Shown here piece after piece: positions 27,718-36,761 of a stretch of 64,000 bases of DNA. The notes under the pieces were generated by a model that had not been told where the DNA came from, did no database searches, and saw only the letters and a list, made by a program, of their open reading frames with translations. The stretch covers positions 11,820-75,819 of the forward strand of contig MWCY01000002.1 in the NCBI GenBank assembly GCA_002070275.1, in the 5' to 3' direction. The first letter of the stretch is position 1. The number at the start of each line of letters is the position of its first letter. The DNA comes from Candidatus Hydrogenedentes bacterium ADurb.Bin170 (lineage in GTDB: Bacteria > Hydrogenedentota > Hydrogenedentia > Hydrogenedentales > CAITNO01). The position numbers were made by a program, and so were the translations under genes.

Positions 27718-29061
27718 ATGGCAAAGCATCCCGAATCGGATAAAGCACAAAAAGAACTGATGCAGACAACCGCCGGTGACTGGGAACGGGAGCGATGCTC
27801 ACGCCATTGGAATCTTGCGGAAGGGATGGGCGTCATGTGCTTCATCCTTTTCGCCTTATGGGGTGTTGCCTATCCTTTCGGCGTGATGGCAGGCAGCGCC
27901 ACAGCAAAAATACTTTCAGAAGTGATGCTGGGGCTGGGTGCCGCGTTTATCTTGCTAGCGGCTCCCTGGCTCCATAAGGATACAGCCTCTTCCTGGGGGC
28001 TGGGAAGTCCGGGAGCATTACGCCGCCTTCTGTCTGAGAGCAGCCCTGTAAAACGGGCACTTTTTGTGCTGCTGATACTGCTGCTTTTCATCGGGCTCAA
28101 CTACATCAATTACCAGCAATGGCCGCGGGTCGTAAAATTTTTCAATCTGCATAAAACTGCCATGGCAGGCTGGAACACCTCCTTTCCCGGAATCATCGGA
28201 CTGTTCCTTTTCGGCGGGCTGCTCTCTTCTGTCATCGTCATCGTGTGCATCCGTTATGACAATTTCCTTTCCGCTTTCAGAACCGCCATGAAAATTGCCC
28301 TGCCTCTCTTTGCCCTCATTGTGCTGGGCGCGCTGGTACAGCGGGGGCGACATGCCTTTGACCATTTCACCTGGAATGCGTTTTTTACCGGCGTTTTCGG
28401 CTATGTTTTCTGGGGTTTTGTACAGCAGCTTCTCTTTTCCGCCTATCTGGGCACCCGATTGAGAAAAGCCTTTGCGCCGACAAAAAACGAAGGTTCCGCA
28501 ACTGCATCCGGGACAAAGATCGTGGCGGGAGCATTGATTGCCTCGCTGAGTTTCAGCCTGCTTTTATATATCGTGATTACGAACTCAAATGGTACTGTCC
28601 TGCCGTGGCAGGTAATTCCCGGGCTCACTCTTTTTCTTTTTCCGCTGTCCACCCTTTATCTCCGGTTTTACTTTAAAGACAAAAAACGGATGCTGGTTGC
28701 GACACTCACCGGATCCTGTTTCGGCATGATTCACATTAATTCATACGGTCTGGTTGCGGTTACTTTTCTTCTGGGCATTTTTCTTAGCTATGTATTCATG
28801 GAAGAACGCAACCGGAATCTTGTGGCACTGGGTTTCATCCATGGACTGCTGGGCTCTTCTTTCAGTCAGTTTTTTTCCAAAGGCCGAGCCGGGGCACTGA
28901 ATGTGGATTACGGCGTTGGTCCCTGGAATGTGGACAATCCTGGCTGGGAAACACTGATCTTCCCTGCCCTTTGCCTGCTTTTCTACGGAGGAATCATTGT
29001 GTGGTACTTCCGGTCAGCCTCTTTTCATGAAACAGAAACACCCCGGAATCTGTTATCGTAA
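27718..29061 (+). CDS. Polytopic membrane protein, degenerate CPBP (CAAX protease/Abi)-like
   Basis: Approximately 10 TM helices. CPBP-like motif 1 with Glu replaced (GFVQQLLFSAYLG vs EELLFRG). Motif-2-like FGMIH. HGLLG at the motif-3 position. Confidence 0.35.
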   Translation: MAKHPESDKAQKELMQTTAGDWERERCSRHWNLAEGMGVMCFILFALWGVAYPFGVMAGSATAKILSEVMLGLGAAFILLAAPWLHKDTASSWGLGSPGALRRLLSESSPVKRALFVLLILLLFIGLNYINYQQWPRVVKFFNLHKTAMAGWNTSFPGIIGLFLFGGLLSSVIVIVCIRYDNFLSAFRTAMKIALPLFALIVLGALVQRGRHAFDHFTWNAFFTGVFGYVFWGFVQQLLFSAYLGTRLRKAFAPTKNEGSATASGTKIVAGALIASLSFSLLLYIVITNSNGTVLPWQVIPGLTLFLFPLSTLYLRFYFKDKKRMLVATLTGSCFGMIHINSYGLVAVTFLLGIFLSYVFMEERNRNLVALGFIHGLLGSSFSQFFSKGRAGALNVDYGVGPWNVDNPGWETLIFPALCLLFYGGIIVWYFRSASFHETETPRNLLS

Positions 29062-29218
29062 AAAGCCGCCAATTGGCAAGTTTTTTTCTTCCTGTGTTTT
29101 CAGAATTCTGAAGCACTTGACGTGTCGTCCTGTTTGCAAACAATCTCCGGTGCGGATACAATGACTCCGGAATTTTTAGCGCCCGCCGCACACCGGAATC
29201 TACTTTTTGAGAGTGTTT

Positions 29219-32200
29219 ATGAATAAAAAGAACCTTGCAATCGCTGTGAAATTGTGTGTTGTCGCCGCCCTGTTCCTGCTTATTTTTCAGCCGGAGCTTT
29301 TCGGACTGAAAGGACTCTTCGGAGACGTTGCGCCACTGGATGTCTGGAACGCCCTGAAAGAGGCCAGCAGTACGGGTCCCGCTACTTTTCTTTTTTTTAT
29401 GAGCTGTGCAGTGATCGTAAAACTGGCAGGCATCTTCTCAGGCATTATTCGATGGCGGCTGCTGCTGGCAGGACAGGGACTCAAAATCCCGTTCACCTAT
29501 CTGACCTATCAGTGGTTCATGGGGCGGGCGATCGGGCTGTTTCTTCCCGGCACGCTCGGGCTCGACGGCTTCCGGCTGATTGAATCATCCCGATACACCC
29601 GGGAAGTAGTCAAATGCACGACAGTGATCGCTGTTGAAAAACTGACGGGCATCATTGCGCTGGCGCTCCTGGTCTTTCTGACTTTTCCCCTTGGCTTCAA
29701 ATATTTGAACATCAATGTGGCAATGCTTGCGATCATTATGCTCTGCCTTCTCGGCGGTGTCATTTGCAGCCTTCTGCTGCTGCTCAATCCCCGGGTCATT
29801 CAGGTGATCGCAGCGGTGATGCCTGTGCCAAACGTTGCCAGAGGACTGATCAATAAGCTGGGCAGGGCGGCAACAGCATACAGCAACTCCAGAAGAACCC
29901 TGCTCACAGCACTCTTTTTCGGCGTACTGGTGCATCTGGGCTCCTGCTCCAAATATTTTTTCACATTCATGGCAATCCGTGCCGCCCATGTGTCCCCGGC
30001 AGATATCTTTTTTGTGAGCCCTCTTATGATCACCGCATCTGTGCTTGCCTTCACTATTTCAGGGCTGGGAGTGCGTGAAATGGCATTCGGTCTTGTGCTT
30101 GGCGGCAGCGCCGGGCATGCCGTCGCCATTCTGGGCGGTCATCTGGGGTTGTGGGCGGGTGAAATTCTTCCCTTCATTCTCAGCGTACCGCTGCTGCTTT
30201 TCAGCGGGCGACCCAGCAGAGATAAGTTGGAGGAAGACCGCGCCTATGTGGAGCAGAACCTTGCCGACCGCCAGCAGGCACTGCAGCCTCTTCTGAGCGA
30301 AGAAGAAAAAACGAAATACAGAAAACGACTTCTGGAAATGCTTTTCTGCGGCACGGCGGCGGGACTGCTGGCAGGCGCCGTCATTGCGCTTCTGGAAGGC
30401 GCCTGGATTCTTTTTCATCTGCAGGGACTGCAGGAGTGGTATTTTCTCGGATGGGGCACTGCCGCCTACAGCCTGCTCTTTGCCGGGCTGGGCTGCGGAA
30501 TTGCCGGTGGACTCATGTTCATCTGCCTTCTTTTTGACCGTTTCATGCCCTGGCCTGTCACAACAGCACTAATCTATACAGGGACAGCGGCACTTGGCGG
30601 TCTGGTAATCGGTATGTTCCGCTATCAGCGGGATATTCTTGCGGGGCATGCAATGACACCTCGCGATCTTATCATGGTTGCCGCTTTTGTTCTGGGAACG
30701 GCACTGATTCTGGGAATTCTTGCGTTTCTGAAGTCGGAATTCTGCCGCCGTTTTCTGAGTCTGCAGGTGCCCGGGTTCATGGCTGTATGTTTTCTTTCCT
30801 GGCTGCTGCTGATCACCTGCGCTTTCGCTGCCGGAGCATTTGCGGCACCTCAAAAGGAAAGTGCCCCGATGCTGACCGGAACCCCCGCAAAGGGACCGAA
30901 TATCATCCTTTGTGCCGCCGATGCGATGCGCGCTGATTGCCTGCCTTTTTACAACCCGTCAATAACCACGGAAACGCCCAATCTCACAGCGCTGACGAAG
31001 GATGCCATCCTTTTTAAACGCGCTTATGCACAGGCGCCCTGGACCAAGCCGTCCTTTGCGACCATGTTTACAGGCCTGTATCCCGGCGCTCATGGTGCCG
31101 CCAGCAAAACAGCGTCCCTCTCTGCCGATGCACCTGTTGTGGCAGGTCTTCTGCAGGCGGGCGGCTATTTCACCCGGGGCTTCTCCAACAATCCGAACAC
31201 CACCGCTCTCTTCGGCTTTGACCGCGGCTTTTCCCAGTTTACAGACCTCAAACCTGACCCTCTTTTTGGTGCACCTCAGTCCGCCATGCATCTGTCTCTT
31301 TACGGGTTGATGCGCAAAGTTTTTCTTACTGCTGAAGGCAAACTGCGGGGGGGCAGACTGCGCATCACCGACTTTTATCAGCCCGCCGAAGTCGTTACTG
31401 ACACTGCTCTTGGCTGGATAGACAGCCGGAAAGAAGAAGGAGACCGCCCCTTCTATTTATATCTGCATTACATGGATACCCACGACCCGTTCATGGATCA
31501 TGCCGATCCGGGGAAAGGCTATGCCCGTGCACGTATGGAACACCCGGACCCCGACAGATATCTGGAACCCATGCGCCAGGCCTATCTGTCGGAAATCGAA
31601 TATATGGATAAACACCTCGGACGCTTCTTCGACGGTCTGAAAGTGCGGAATCTCTACGACAACACGCTTATCATCTTTGTTTCCGATCACGGCGAGGAGT
31701 TTTTTGATCATCAGGGCTGGTGGCATGGACAGACCCTGTATGAAGAACTGCTGCATGTTCCCCTGATCATGAAATTCCCCGGAAATACTCAGGGCGGTAC
31801 TGTTACTGATGATCTGGCACGGCTTGTGGATCTTGCGCCTACTATCCTGCAGACGGCCGGGCTTCCTCTCTGTCCCGATATGTCCGGACTACCGCTCACC
31901 GATAAGACCGGTACCCCCGCCAACAGCAGTATCCGGTATAGTTATGCGGAAAATGATTTTGAAGGAAACAGACTTCAGGCACTGCGTACCGGAGAACGGG
32001 CAGTCATTCAGGCAAATGAAAACAACACGCGCGGGCTTGCTCCTGTGGAATTTTATAATATGGTTCAGGATCCGCTGCAGCAGCATAATCTGGCAGAACG
32101 GTCTGATGCGGCAGAAGAAGTGAATAGCCTGCTCGAAGTGATCGTCCAGTTCATGAAGGCTATAGCCGACAAGGCACCGCTGCCTTCAGGCGAAACAGCC

Positions 32201-32248
32201 ATTGACCCCCAATTGCAGCAGCAGCTCGAAGCACTCGGTTACATGTAA
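29219..32248 (+). CDS. Fusion of lysyl-PG-synthase-type TM (flippase-like, UPF0104) domain with C-terminal sulfatase-family / alkaline-phosphatase-superfamily phosphotransferase-like domain (Thr at nucleophile position)
   Basis: N-terminal approximately 330 aa polytopic region resembling the MprF/LPG_synthase_TM flippase-like domain. Further TM helices follow. C-terminal approximately 450 aa sulfatase fold (PNIILCAADAMRADCLPFYN..TPNLTALTKDAILFKRAYAQAPWTKPSFATMFTGLYPGAHG..FVSDHGEEF..). Thr occupies the Cys(FGly) position of CxPxR, as in LtaS/EptA/OpgB-type transferases. ATG 29219; the ORF TTG is at 29207. Confidence 0.6.
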   Translation: MNKKNLAIAVKLCVVAALFLLIFQPELFGLKGLFGDVAPLDVWNALKEASSTGPATFLFFMSCAVIVKLAGIFSGIIRWRLLLAGQGLKIPFTYLTYQWFMGRAIGLFLPGTLGLDGFRLIESSRYTREVVKCTTVIAVEKLTGIIALALLVFLTFPLGFKYLNINVAMLAIIMLCLLGGVICSLLLLLNPRVIQVIAAVMPVPNVARGLINKLGRAATAYSNSRRTLLTALFFGVLVHLGSCSKYFFTFMAIRAAHVSPADIFFVSPLMITASVLAFTISGLGVREMAFGLVLGGSAGHAVAILGGHLGLWAGEILPFILSVPLLLFSGRPSRDKLEEDRAYVEQNLADRQQALQPLLSEEEKTKYRKRLLEMLFCGTAAGLLAGAVIALLEGAWILFHLQGLQEWYFLGWGTAAYSLLFAGLGCGIAGGLMFICLLFDRFMPWPVTTALIYTGTAALGGLVIGMFRYQRDILAGHAMTPRDLIMVAAFVLGTALILGILAFLKSEFCRRFLSLQVPGFMAVCFLSWLLLITCAFAAGAFAAPQKESAPMLTGTPAKGPNIILCAADAMRADCLPFYNPSITTETPNLTALTKDAILFKRAYAQAPWTKPSFATMFTGLYPGAHGAASKTASLSADAPVVAGLLQAGGYFTRGFSNNPNTTALFGFDRGFSQFTDLKPDPLFGAPQSAMHLSLYGLMRKVFLTAEGKLRGGRLRITDFYQPAEVVTDTALGWIDSRKEEGDRPFYLYLHYMDTHDPFMDHADPGKGYARARMEHPDPDRYLEPMRQAYLSEIEYMDKHLGRFFDGLKVRNLYDNTLIIFVSDHGEEFFDHQGWWHGQTLYEELLHVPLIMKFPGNTQGGTVTDDLARLVDLAPTILQTAGLPLCPDMSGLPLTDKTGTPANSSIRYSYAENDFEGNRLQALRTGERAVIQANENNTRGLAPVEFYNMVQDPLQQHNLAERSDAAEEVNSLLEVIVQFMKAIADKAPLPSGETAIDPQLQQQLEALGYM

Positions 32249-32280
32249 GCCGACGCTTCTGCCTAACAAGGATACATGCC

Positions 32281-33033
32281 ATGGTGTTTTTTCTTCTTCT
32301 GTCTCTTCTTGGCGCCGATGAAGCCCTTTCTCCGGCTGAGAATGAGCCTGCCGAAAAAATCTATACCCGCGAAGAATGGCGCCCTTCCATAGAAGCCACT
32401 CAGGAACAGCTGGAACTGCTGGATCTTTTTGCTGCAGCCACCAAATTCGGCGGCATGAAAATCAAAGTGCCGAAAGAGCTGCAGTCGCTGCCCATGCGCA
32501 TGATAGAAGGCGCCGACGAACTGAAAGACAAAGGGATTGAACTGCGGGTGACGGAATTGGAATTCCGTAATCTGAAAATTGTCCGGGATGCAACGCCCCA
32601 GTGGCAGGAAAACCGCCCCCGTATGCCTGTCCGTCTGGAATTCGACAAACTCGGTGTTTCGGCAGATGCAAAAACTAAACTGGGTGTTATCCCTGTCGGC
32701 GCGATTTTTGAACAGGGCACTATGCCTGCCGACTTTCTGCCGATCATTCAAAAAGGATTCAATCTGGAAGTACTTCCCGAAAAAAGGCTGCAAGAGACCA
32801 ATCTTGATAAGGTAAAGCTGAAAGTCGGCGGCGCTTTAACCACCGGCATAGCCAATCATTTTTTCAGCAAAAAAGTTGCCCGCATGATTCTTGAATACGG
32901 CGTGGGACAGACGCTGCAGATGGGCCAGGAAAGCCTTATGGGCGGCGGTATTGCGGGCAAACTCATTGACGGAGGCAAAGACACTCCTGCCAGCCGTGCG
33001 GCAGGTTCACTCATTGATCAGCTGCTGAATTGA
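32281..33033 (+). CDS. Hypothetical secreted protein
   Basis: Hydrophobic N-terminus (MVFFLLLSLLGA) and coding-like composition. No recognisable domain. Confidence 0.4.
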   Translation: MVFFLLLSLLGADEALSPAENEPAEKIYTREEWRPSIEATQEQLELLDLFAAATKFGGMKIKVPKELQSLPMRMIEGADELKDKGIELRVTELEFRNLKIVRDATPQWQENRPRMPVRLEFDKLGVSADAKTKLGVIPVGAIFEQGTMPADFLPIIQKGFNLEVLPEKRLQETNLDKVKLKVGGALTTGIANHFFSKKVARMILEYGVGQTLQMGQESLMGGGIAGKLIDGGKDTPASRAAGSLIDQLLN

Positions 33034-33044
33034 GTGCCTGAATA

Positions 33045-33500
33045 TCAGGAAGTGCCAGTGGGGGCAGGCGCTTTACCGGAATCCTGTGCCGGGCGACCTC
33101 CGCGACCTCCCCGGGGTGCGCCGTCCGGCCGATTGCCTCTTCCCTGCCCGCCCCGTCTGCCACCCCAGCCTGGCAAATTCCATTCTTCGCGTTCACCCGG
33201 AGTTTTGTACCATTGTATGCGCGGTTTCGCCGTGGCAAAGCCCTCCACCCGTTCCGATCTCAGCCTGCCCAGCGGCACGCCGTTGGCATCCACAATCTCC
33301 GCTTCAATTGAAAAAGTACGGTCATCCCGTTTTTCAAATTTTTCCAGACTTTTAATATAGCCGCCCCGCTGGATCAGCTCATCCATGGCATTGAACTGCG
33401 CCATGACCTGCTTTTCTTCGGATGAAGGGCCACACCCGCTCAGGAGCAGGAGCGGAGGCAGCACAAACAATAATGCGATCCCTAAAGCATAGTGCTTCAT
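33045..33500 (-). CDS. Lipoprotein with C-terminal Arg/Gly-rich (RGG) tail
   Basis: Signal peptide plus lipobox (LLLLSGCGP), small globular region, C-terminal GWGGRRGGQGRGNRPDGAPRGGRGGRP low-complexity tail. Confidence 0.5.
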   Translation of the reverse strand: MKHYALGIALLFVLPPLLLLSGCGPSSEEKQVMAQFNAMDELIQRGGYIKSLEKFEKRDDRTFSIEAEIVDANGVPLGRLRSERVEGFATAKPRIQWYKTPGEREEWNLPGWGGRRGGQGRGNRPDGAPRGGRGGRPAQDSGKAPAPTGTS

Positions 33501-33527
33501 ATTCAGTTTCCTTCCTGCTTACAGGGT

Positions 33528-34511
33528 TCAGCCCCGGGTACGATCCATCAACGTGCCGAGAAACAGCGCCATGCCTTTATTCGCCGGTGCTTTGGCGGAC
33601 GGATAACGGAGAAACTCCACATGACCATCCATATACAGCACATTGGCACCGCCGGGCACATGGTTAAAATATTTTATATTGCTTGAAATCGCATCAAACA
33701 TGACCCATATATCGCTCTGCGCGCGGGCACTTGCTGCCGGGTTGTTGATATCCGTAATGAGAAAACGCTCTATACCTTCCCTCAAACGGTTAATCGTATT
33801 ACTGGAACCGTTGCCCATAGGAATCAGACCCAGACTGTTGGTCTGCACGGGACTGACTTCCTTGTCTTTATCCACCACCTGAAAACTGGCAACTACCGGA
33901 TCTTCTCCCGCACTGCGCCGGGCAATGGCATCACCGGCAGTCGTAAGCACCAGCGTCACAAACTGGTAGGGCCCCGATGCGTTCGGATCATCGAGAATAA
34001 AGCGGTTGGACAACTGGGGAATAATGGAAAAAACACCGCCCAGCGAAATGAAGGCTTCGTCCGGCTGATCATCGCCGCATTTATCCAGAAGAAACCCCAC
34101 ATACCCGTAACTGGTGTCAATAAGGTCGGGATGAAGATGCAGGATAAAATCGCCGGTATCAGGATCTTTCAGATCAGCCAGGCTGCTGGATGCATCGGAG
34201 GGGCACCAGGCAATGGAAGGATCCGTAAGATACTCGGGATAGATTGATTTCACCATGGGACCGATGGCAATATCGGCATTGTGATGGCTCCGGGCTTCAA
34301 ACTGCATGGGAGGGTATTTTTCGCCAGGAGATTCATTGGCGTACATCTTATATACCAGGCCCCATTGTTTCAGATTGTTCTGACAGCTCGAGCGACGGGC
34401 AGCCTCGCGTGCCCGTGCCAGTGCCGGAAGCAGAATAGCGGCAAGAATACCGATGATGGCTATCACAACCAGCAATTCAATCAGGGTAAAGCCTTGCTTG
34501 TTCTTTTTCAT
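33528..34511 (-). CDS. Prepilin-type N-terminal cleavage/methylation domain protein, DUF1559 family
   Basis: Class III signal [31 protein letters not shown] (G-1/F+1/E+5). C-terminal ..[15 protein letters not shown] typical of DUF1559. AGGAGA SD before ATG 34511. Confidence 0.8.
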   Translation of the reverse strand: MKKNKQGFTLIELLVVIAIIGILAAILLPALARAREAARRSSCQNNLKQWGLVYKMYANESPGEKYPPMQFEARSHHNADIAIGPMVKSIYPEYLTDPSIAWCPSDASSSLADLKDPDTGDFILHLHPDLIDTSYGYVGFLLDKCGDDQPDEAFISLGGVFSIIPQLSNRFILDDPNASGPYQFVTLVLTTAGDAIARRSAGEDPVVASFQVVDKDKEVSPVQTNSLGLIPMGNGSSNTINRLREGIERFLITDINNPAASARAQSDIWVMFDAISSNIKYFNHVPGGANVLYMDGHVEFLRYPSAKAPANKGMALFLGTLMDRTRG

Positions 34512-34879
34512 AACTGTCTCCTTGAGAGCGTGAAACCTGTTCCCGAATCTGTACACGCTTTTCACTGCATGTTTTTAAAAATAAATTAACCTTAAATATA
34601 AAACTTTCATTTTTATCAGTCTATTAATAAAGACTTGAACATTTCGGAACGGGTTTCAGGTGCAGCACAGCCGCCCTTGCGTCCTGTAAATACGCTGCAG
34701 GTGCGCCATTTTCCACTTTTCTCCACCCGACTCATCAAAACAGCCTCAGAAGACTGCTTTCTCCTTCCACAAGACCATCTATCTATAGTGGGTGTATTGT
34801 TTCTATCCACAACATACAGTGGCTTTCCCTTTTAGTCAAAAATGATCTTGCAGAAACGGTTTTTTAAGCAAAAAAGGTA

Positions 34880-34909
34880 TTGACTTTTAGCCTGATAGTG
34901 GTTTAAAAT
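34880..34909 (+). promoter_or_regulatory. Sigma70-type promoter of the dcw cluster (P_mra): TTGACT-18 nt-TAAAAT
   Basis: TTGACT at 34880-34885, TAAAAT at 34904-34909, 18-nt spacer, approximately 40 nt upstream of the mraZ ATG. Confidence 0.5.
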
Positions 34910-34941
34910 GGAGTTACTTGGATAATTTTGGAAATTTAGGG
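34899..34941 (+). promoter_or_regulatory. Putative MraZ operator: five TGG/GGG repeats with exact 10-bp phasing
   Basis: TGG at 34899, 34909, 34919, 34929 and GGG at 34939 (TGGtttaaaa/TGGagttact/TGGataattt/TGGaaattta/GGG). The array spans the -10 element and 5'UTR of mraZ. Confidence 0.45.
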
Positions 34942-34950
34942 AAGAAGCGC

Positions 34951-35433
34951 ATGTACTACGGAGAATCTTTTACAATCCTTGACGGTAAGAAGCGGCTGGC
35001 TATCCCGGCGACGTTTCGCCGTGTGATGGAACAGGAAGATCATCGTGTCTGGTACATCACCAGGGGGTATGATCGTGCGCTCTTTATGTTTCGTGAAGAG
35101 ACCTGGGAGCAGCTGCTTAAAAATCTTCCCAATGCGCCACTCGATCCTCAGGTTCTTTCATTCCGTCGTTTTTTTCTGGGTGCCTCTATTCGGGTTGAGC
35201 CGGATGCGCAATGGCGCATTGCTCTGAGCGACGGTCTGAAAGATTTCGCACTGCTTGAGCGGGAATGTGCGATTCTCGGTGTTGAAGATCACCTTGAGAT
35301 TTGGAATAAGTCGCGGTGGACAGAATACAGCTTACAAAATATGGATGACTATAAAGTACGGGCTAGCGAGATTTTTTCGGGTCACAGCGCATCGACAAAC
35401 ATTCAGGAGGAAGCGAAACATGTTAACGATTGA
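34951..35433 (+). CDS. mraZ: Transcriptional regulator MraZ
   Basis: MYYGESFTILDGKKRLAIPATFRRVM.. and second repeat (..RVEPDAQWRIALSDGLKDFA..) match the duplicated MraZ fold. Start at internal ATG 34951. The ORF ATG 34918 would sit at the predicted TSS. Confidence 0.85.
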   Translation: MYYGESFTILDGKKRLAIPATFRRVMEQEDHRVWYITRGYDRALFMFREETWEQLLKNLPNAPLDPQVLSFRRFFLGASIRVEPDAQWRIALSDGLKDFALLERECAILGVEDHLEIWNKSRWTEYSLQNMDDYKVRASEIFSGHSASTNIQEEAKHVND

Positions 35434-35770
35434 TCAACAGACCAAAGATGCAGTGGCAGTGCTGACTGCTTCGGGCGTGCTCGACCAGGCTGAAATTCAC
35501 AAACTCCGTGAGGCCGTTGCCCGCAACATCCGCAAACACCAGTTTCATCTGGTGCTGAATCTGCGGCACGTCGGCATGATTGAATACCCGAGCTTCGGCG
35601 TTTTGCTGGAACTGCTCAGTGAACTCCAGCAGTATGGCGGCGGTCTGAAACTTGCCTGCGCCAATCTCCATACGCAGCGCATGCTGCGTCTCATGGGTCT
35701 CTGCCGGGTTCTCATGTGTTTCGATACGGAAGCGGAGGCAATCCGGCAGTATCAGAAAGAAGCAGCGTAA
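35420..35770 (+). CDS. STAS domain protein (anti-sigma-factor antagonist family)
   Basis: MLTIDQQTKDAVAVLTASGVLDQAEIHKLREAV..HLVLNLRHVGMIEYPSFGVLLEL..GGGLKLACANLHTQRMLRLMGL is SpoIIAA/RsbV-like, with a Ser at the phosphorylation position (EYPSFG). AGGAGG SD 9 nt upstream of ATG 35420. Overlaps the mraZ end by 14 nt. Confidence 0.7.
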   Translation: MLTIDQQTKDAVAVLTASGVLDQAEIHKLREAVARNIRKHQFHLVLNLRHVGMIEYPSFGVLLELLSELQQYGGGLKLACANLHTQRMLRLMGLCRVLMCFDTEAEAIRQYQKEAA

Positions 35771-35816
35771 TCATATGAAGATGCCGGCTGGGCGGCAGCA
35801 GTCGGGAGACAAGCGC

Positions 35817-36761
35817 ATGTCCGATTTCCCCGCTCCTCACGCACCGGTGATGCTTGAAGAGACAATCTCCTTTCTTCAGCTGCGCAGCAGTGGCATTTAT
35901 GTGGATATGACGGCGGGTGCCGGCGGTCATTCGGAACAAATCGCCCGCCATCTGGGTCAAGGACGGCTTATAGCTATTGACCGCGACAAAGAAGCCGTTG
36001 CCCTGACACGCAAGCGGCTGAGCCCCTATCCGGCAGCCACTGTGGTCCGGGCAAATTACAGTGAGTTGAAGACCATTCTGGAGGCGCAGGGATGCCCCGC
36101 TGTTGACGGCATTCTTCTTGATGCCGGTGTTTCGAGCATGCAGATAGACCGGGCGGAACGGGGATTTTCCTATTTGAAAGAGGGCCCGCTGGACATGCGT
36201 ATGGACTCTGATGCGCCTCTTGATGCTGCTGCCTGGCTGCAGTGTGTCAGTCCCCGGGATCTTGAGCAGGTGCTGAAAGAGTTTGGGGATGTCCGGCCTG
36301 TGCGCCGTATTGCACGGCACATCTGCAAGCGCCGTGATCAGGGGCAGCTGAAAAGCACATCAGATCTGGCAGAAGCGATCCGGGATGCATTAAACCATGT
36401 TGTTCCCAATCCTGTAGAGCTTCGCCAGGTGTTTCAGGCCGTCCGCATGGCGGTCAATGACGAGTTGAATCATTTAAAAACCGGACTGGAGCATGGGGCG
36501 GAATCCTTGTCTCCAGGCGGCAGGCTGGTAGTCATTTCTTTTCACAGCGGTGAAGACGGCTTAGTAAAAGAGCTGTTTAAAAGGCTCAGCAGACAGCAGA
36601 CAGAATTGCGTCCGGACGGGCGTATTCTGAAACGTGTTCCAGCCCTGTATAAAACAGTTACTGCCCGTCCTGTCCTGCCAACCCCGGAAGAAATTCAGCG
36701 TAATCCTCGCGCTAAAAGCGCAAAAGTCAGAGTACTGGAGCGGCTTCAATCCGCGGAGTGA
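35817..36761 (+). CDS. rsmH: 16S rRNA (cytosine1402-N4)-methyltransferase
   Basis: HAPVMLEETISFL..GIYVDMTAGAGGHS..IAIDRD..ILLDAGVSSMQID..RGFSY conserved RsmH/MraW blocks. Start chosen at ATG 35817 (GGGAGA upstream). Alternative ATG at 35775. Confidence 0.85.
   Translation: MSDFPAPHAPVMLEETISFLQLRSSGIYVDMTAGAGGHSEQIARHLGQGRLIAIDRDKEAVALTRKRLSPYPAATVVRANYSELKTILEAQGCPAVDGILLDAGVSSMQIDRAERGFSYLKEGPLDMRMDSDAPLDAAAWLQCVSPRDLEQVLKEFGDVRPVRRIARHICKRRDQGQLKSTSDLAEAIRDALNHVVPNPVELRQVFQAVRMAVNDELNHLKTGLEHGAESLSPGGRLVVISFHSGEDGLVKELFKRLSRQQTELRPDGRILKRVPALYKTVTARPVLPTPEEIQRNPRAKSAKVRVLERLQSAE

Noticed and set aside
29066-29094. Possible terminator GCCAATTGGC plus T7 after the CPBP-like gene
   Set aside because: The stem is only 3-4 bp despite a good U-run, so I did not list it as a feature.
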